A DNA stretch of 64,000 bases from a virus (lineage: Duplodnaviria; Heunggongvirae; Uroviricota; Caudoviricetes), in the IMG/VR virus record IMGVR_UViG_3300024270_000010; one strand, 5' to 3'. Under the pieces are notes generated by a model. It was given only the letters and a program-made list of their open reading frames with translations, was not told where the DNA came from and searched no databases. Positions 62,673 to 64,000 of this stretch are shown one piece after another (position 1 is the stretch's first letter; every line of letters begins with the position of its first letter). A program made the position numbers and the translations under genes.

Positions 62673-63032
62673 TTATTCAATAGTAATATTCTTTCCATTT
62701 TCAGTAATAGAATAGATTACTGGGTCTTGGCCGACTTTCTCGACAAAACCATCAGTGACTAGCTTTCGCATAGCACCAGACACCGCACGAGAACTGATAA
62801 ATAGTCCTTCGGCAATATCTCTTGCCTTCCACATAGGAGTCTCCTGGTGATTCTGTAAGAACTGAAGAATCAGCTTACCATTATCAGTGAATAGAGGCTT
62901 TTCTCCATTTTCGTCCAAGCCACAGAATGCAGTCCAATACAGCTGTGCTTCCTCATTCATAGGAACAGGATCTGCCTTGGTTGCATCAATCAATTCATTT
63001 ACATACTTAATAAATTCTTGCTTTTTACTCAT
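62673..63032 (-). CDS. Winged-helix DNA-binding protein (119 aa)
   Basis: KARDIAEGLFISSRAVSGAMRKLVTDGFVEK helix-turn-helix plus wing. Confidence 0.75.
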   Translation of the reverse strand: MSKKQEFIKYVNELIDATKADPVPMNEEAQLYWTAFCGLDENGEKPLFTDNGKLILQFLQNHQETPMWKARDIAEGLFISSRAVSGAMRKLVTDGFVEKVGQDPVIYSITENGKNITIE

Positions 63033-63073
63033 AGTTATTTATAACTCACTTTCTTTATTTACCTTATGTATAT

Positions 63074-63102
63074 ATTATAACAATTTTATTTAGAAAAATC
63101 AA
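63074..63102 (-). promoter_or_regulatory. sigmaA-type promoter
   Basis: TTGATT-N17-TATAAT with TG extended -10. Confidence 0.78.
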
Positions 63103-63590
63103 CTAATTCTATCATATTGCCAGAATTGATAAGATAAATCATTATATGTTCGAATGTCGCTACAACAAGCTGGCGCCCATTCATCCGATTCATCTAGATT
63201 CGGGAAATATGTATCAACATTTTCGTGGTCTTTGTAAATCTTAGTTACATATACTCGGTCACAAAGAGGCAGTAGTTCTTTATATATTTGCCCTCCGCCA
63301 ATAACGAAAGAATCAATGGGATGATATAACATCATATTAACTCCCTCTTTCCAATCGGCAAACCATCTGTCATGTAGAGAAGGATCGTTCTCTGGATTGC
63401 GAGTTAGAACAAGATGGAAGCGATTTGGTAAAGGGCCTGGAAGGCTCTCCCAGGTTTTACGACCCATAATAATCATATGGTCATCTGTGAGAGCCTTGAA
63501 GTATTTCATATCTTCGGGGATTCGTTCCAAAAGCTGGCCATTATAACCAATTCCCCAATTATTATCCACAGCAACGATTGCGGAAATCAT
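63099..63590 (-). CDS. folA: Dihydrofolate reductase
   Basis: IVAVDNNWGIG; MGRKTWESL..PLPNR; VIGGGQIY; DTYFP. Confidence 0.95.
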   Translation of the reverse strand: MISAIVAVDNNWGIGYNGQLLERIPEDMKYFKALTDDHMIIMGRKTWESLPGPLPNRFHLVLTRNPENDPSLHDRWFADWKEGVNMMLYHPIDSFVIGGGQIYKELLPLCDRVYVTKIYKDHENVDTYFPNLDESDEWAPACCSDIRTYNDLSYQFWQYDRIS

Positions 63591-64000
63591 ATACCCAACT
63601 CCAATGTCAATTGAGGTTTGATAGGATTATATGCGAACATAGTAAAATCATCGATAGTAAATTCGTAGAAATTACTTGTGCGGTCAGTGTTCAAAAACAG
63701 ACTTGGAGTAGGGGATTTTACTTGCGCTCCCTCTGGATAAAATTCATCATATCTGCGGAGCATTTCATAAGCAGCATTGATGTGTCTGTCATAGATATGC
63801 TCATTAGCTACAATATGAGTGAAAACACCAGGAGTCAAACCAGTGTCGGCCGCAGTCATCATCAGCAAAGCCGCATACTGAATTTCGTTGATTCCTCCTG
63901 GACCAGAAGCAGTAAGCATATCGCCACTACGCTGAACCAGCATCATATCAAGGAAGCCATCACGCACATTCCAAATGGTCATGAATGCACATGGAGCCAA
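63587..64000 (-). CDS. thyA: Thymidylate synthase ThyA, C-terminal part (5' truncated by window)
   Basis: PC catalytic motif; QRSGD; N..QYAAL; HIYDRH. Confidence 0.92.
   Translation of the reverse strand: MAPCAFMTIWNVRDGFLDMMLVQRSGDMLTASGPGGINEIQYAALLMMTAADTGLTPGVFTHIVANEHIYDRHINAAYEMLRRYDEFYPEGAQVKSPTPSLFLNTDRTSNFYEFTIDDFTMFAYNPIKPQLTLELGI

Noticed and set aside
62694-62731. Additional GGCC-N10-AAT match upstream of the SSB-like gene
   Set aside because: It lacks the position 31-36 element (GAAAAT) and lies in coding sequence (VGQDPVIY), so it is not counted as a motif copy
229-63093. Many short antisense or alternate-frame ORFs in the track (e.g. 410-670, 3909-4163, 8052-8432, 48320-50938, 58226-58675, 62185-62661)
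   Set aside because: They overlap well-supported genes, lack an RBS or recognisable motifs, and are expected shadows of biased codon usage
1-64000. CRISPR array, DGR (reverse transcriptase with TR/VR), integrase, transposase or suppressor tRNA
   Set aside because: I saw no repeat-spacer pattern, RT motifs, recombinase/transposase motifs or cloverleaf; intergenic gaps are short and explained by promoters and terminators. A tRNAscan run would still be prudent.

Overview
This is a 64-kb segment of a large, AT-rich tailed bacteriophage genome. The host is probably an anaerobic gut Firmicute (inferred from AAGGAGG Shine-Dalgarno sites, TG-extended sigmaA promoters, class III RNR with NrdR boxes and a CW_7-like motif). 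The + strand (1-41.75 kb) carries the 3' part of the tape measure gene, tail/baseplate genes, several fibre/adhesin genes including a 2156-aa LamG + CotH-kinase-like + LRR protein, a holin, and a self-contained six-gene cassette of unknown function. The - strand (41.8-64 kb) is a replication and nucleotide-metabolism block: thyA, dfr, wHTH, SSB-like, AAA recombinase, DnaB, primase, RecJ, HNH, RecD/Dda helicase, DnaE, gmk, nrdD/nrdG, dut, ruvC and a holin-like gene. The supplied ORF track is misleading because the phage appears to read TAG as sense (probably Gln, code 15). I counted about 53 in-frame TAG codons that join same-frame fragments into full genes, and every reconstructed gene ends in TAA or TGA. 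The most interesting observations are: (1) an 8-nt interruption (GCC-TAA-AG-GCA) in the Walker A motif of the helicase directly downstream of an HNH endonuclease, resembling the T4 mobA/gene 60 ribosomal-bypass cassette; (2) the six-gene cassette, preceded by a 12-unit array with an 11-bp period; (3) a fixed-spacing motif YGGNC-N10-AAT-N13-TTYTNA found 7 times upstream of late genes and the HNH; (4) strongly uneven TAG placement. Family assignments come from manual motif recognition; no searches were run.
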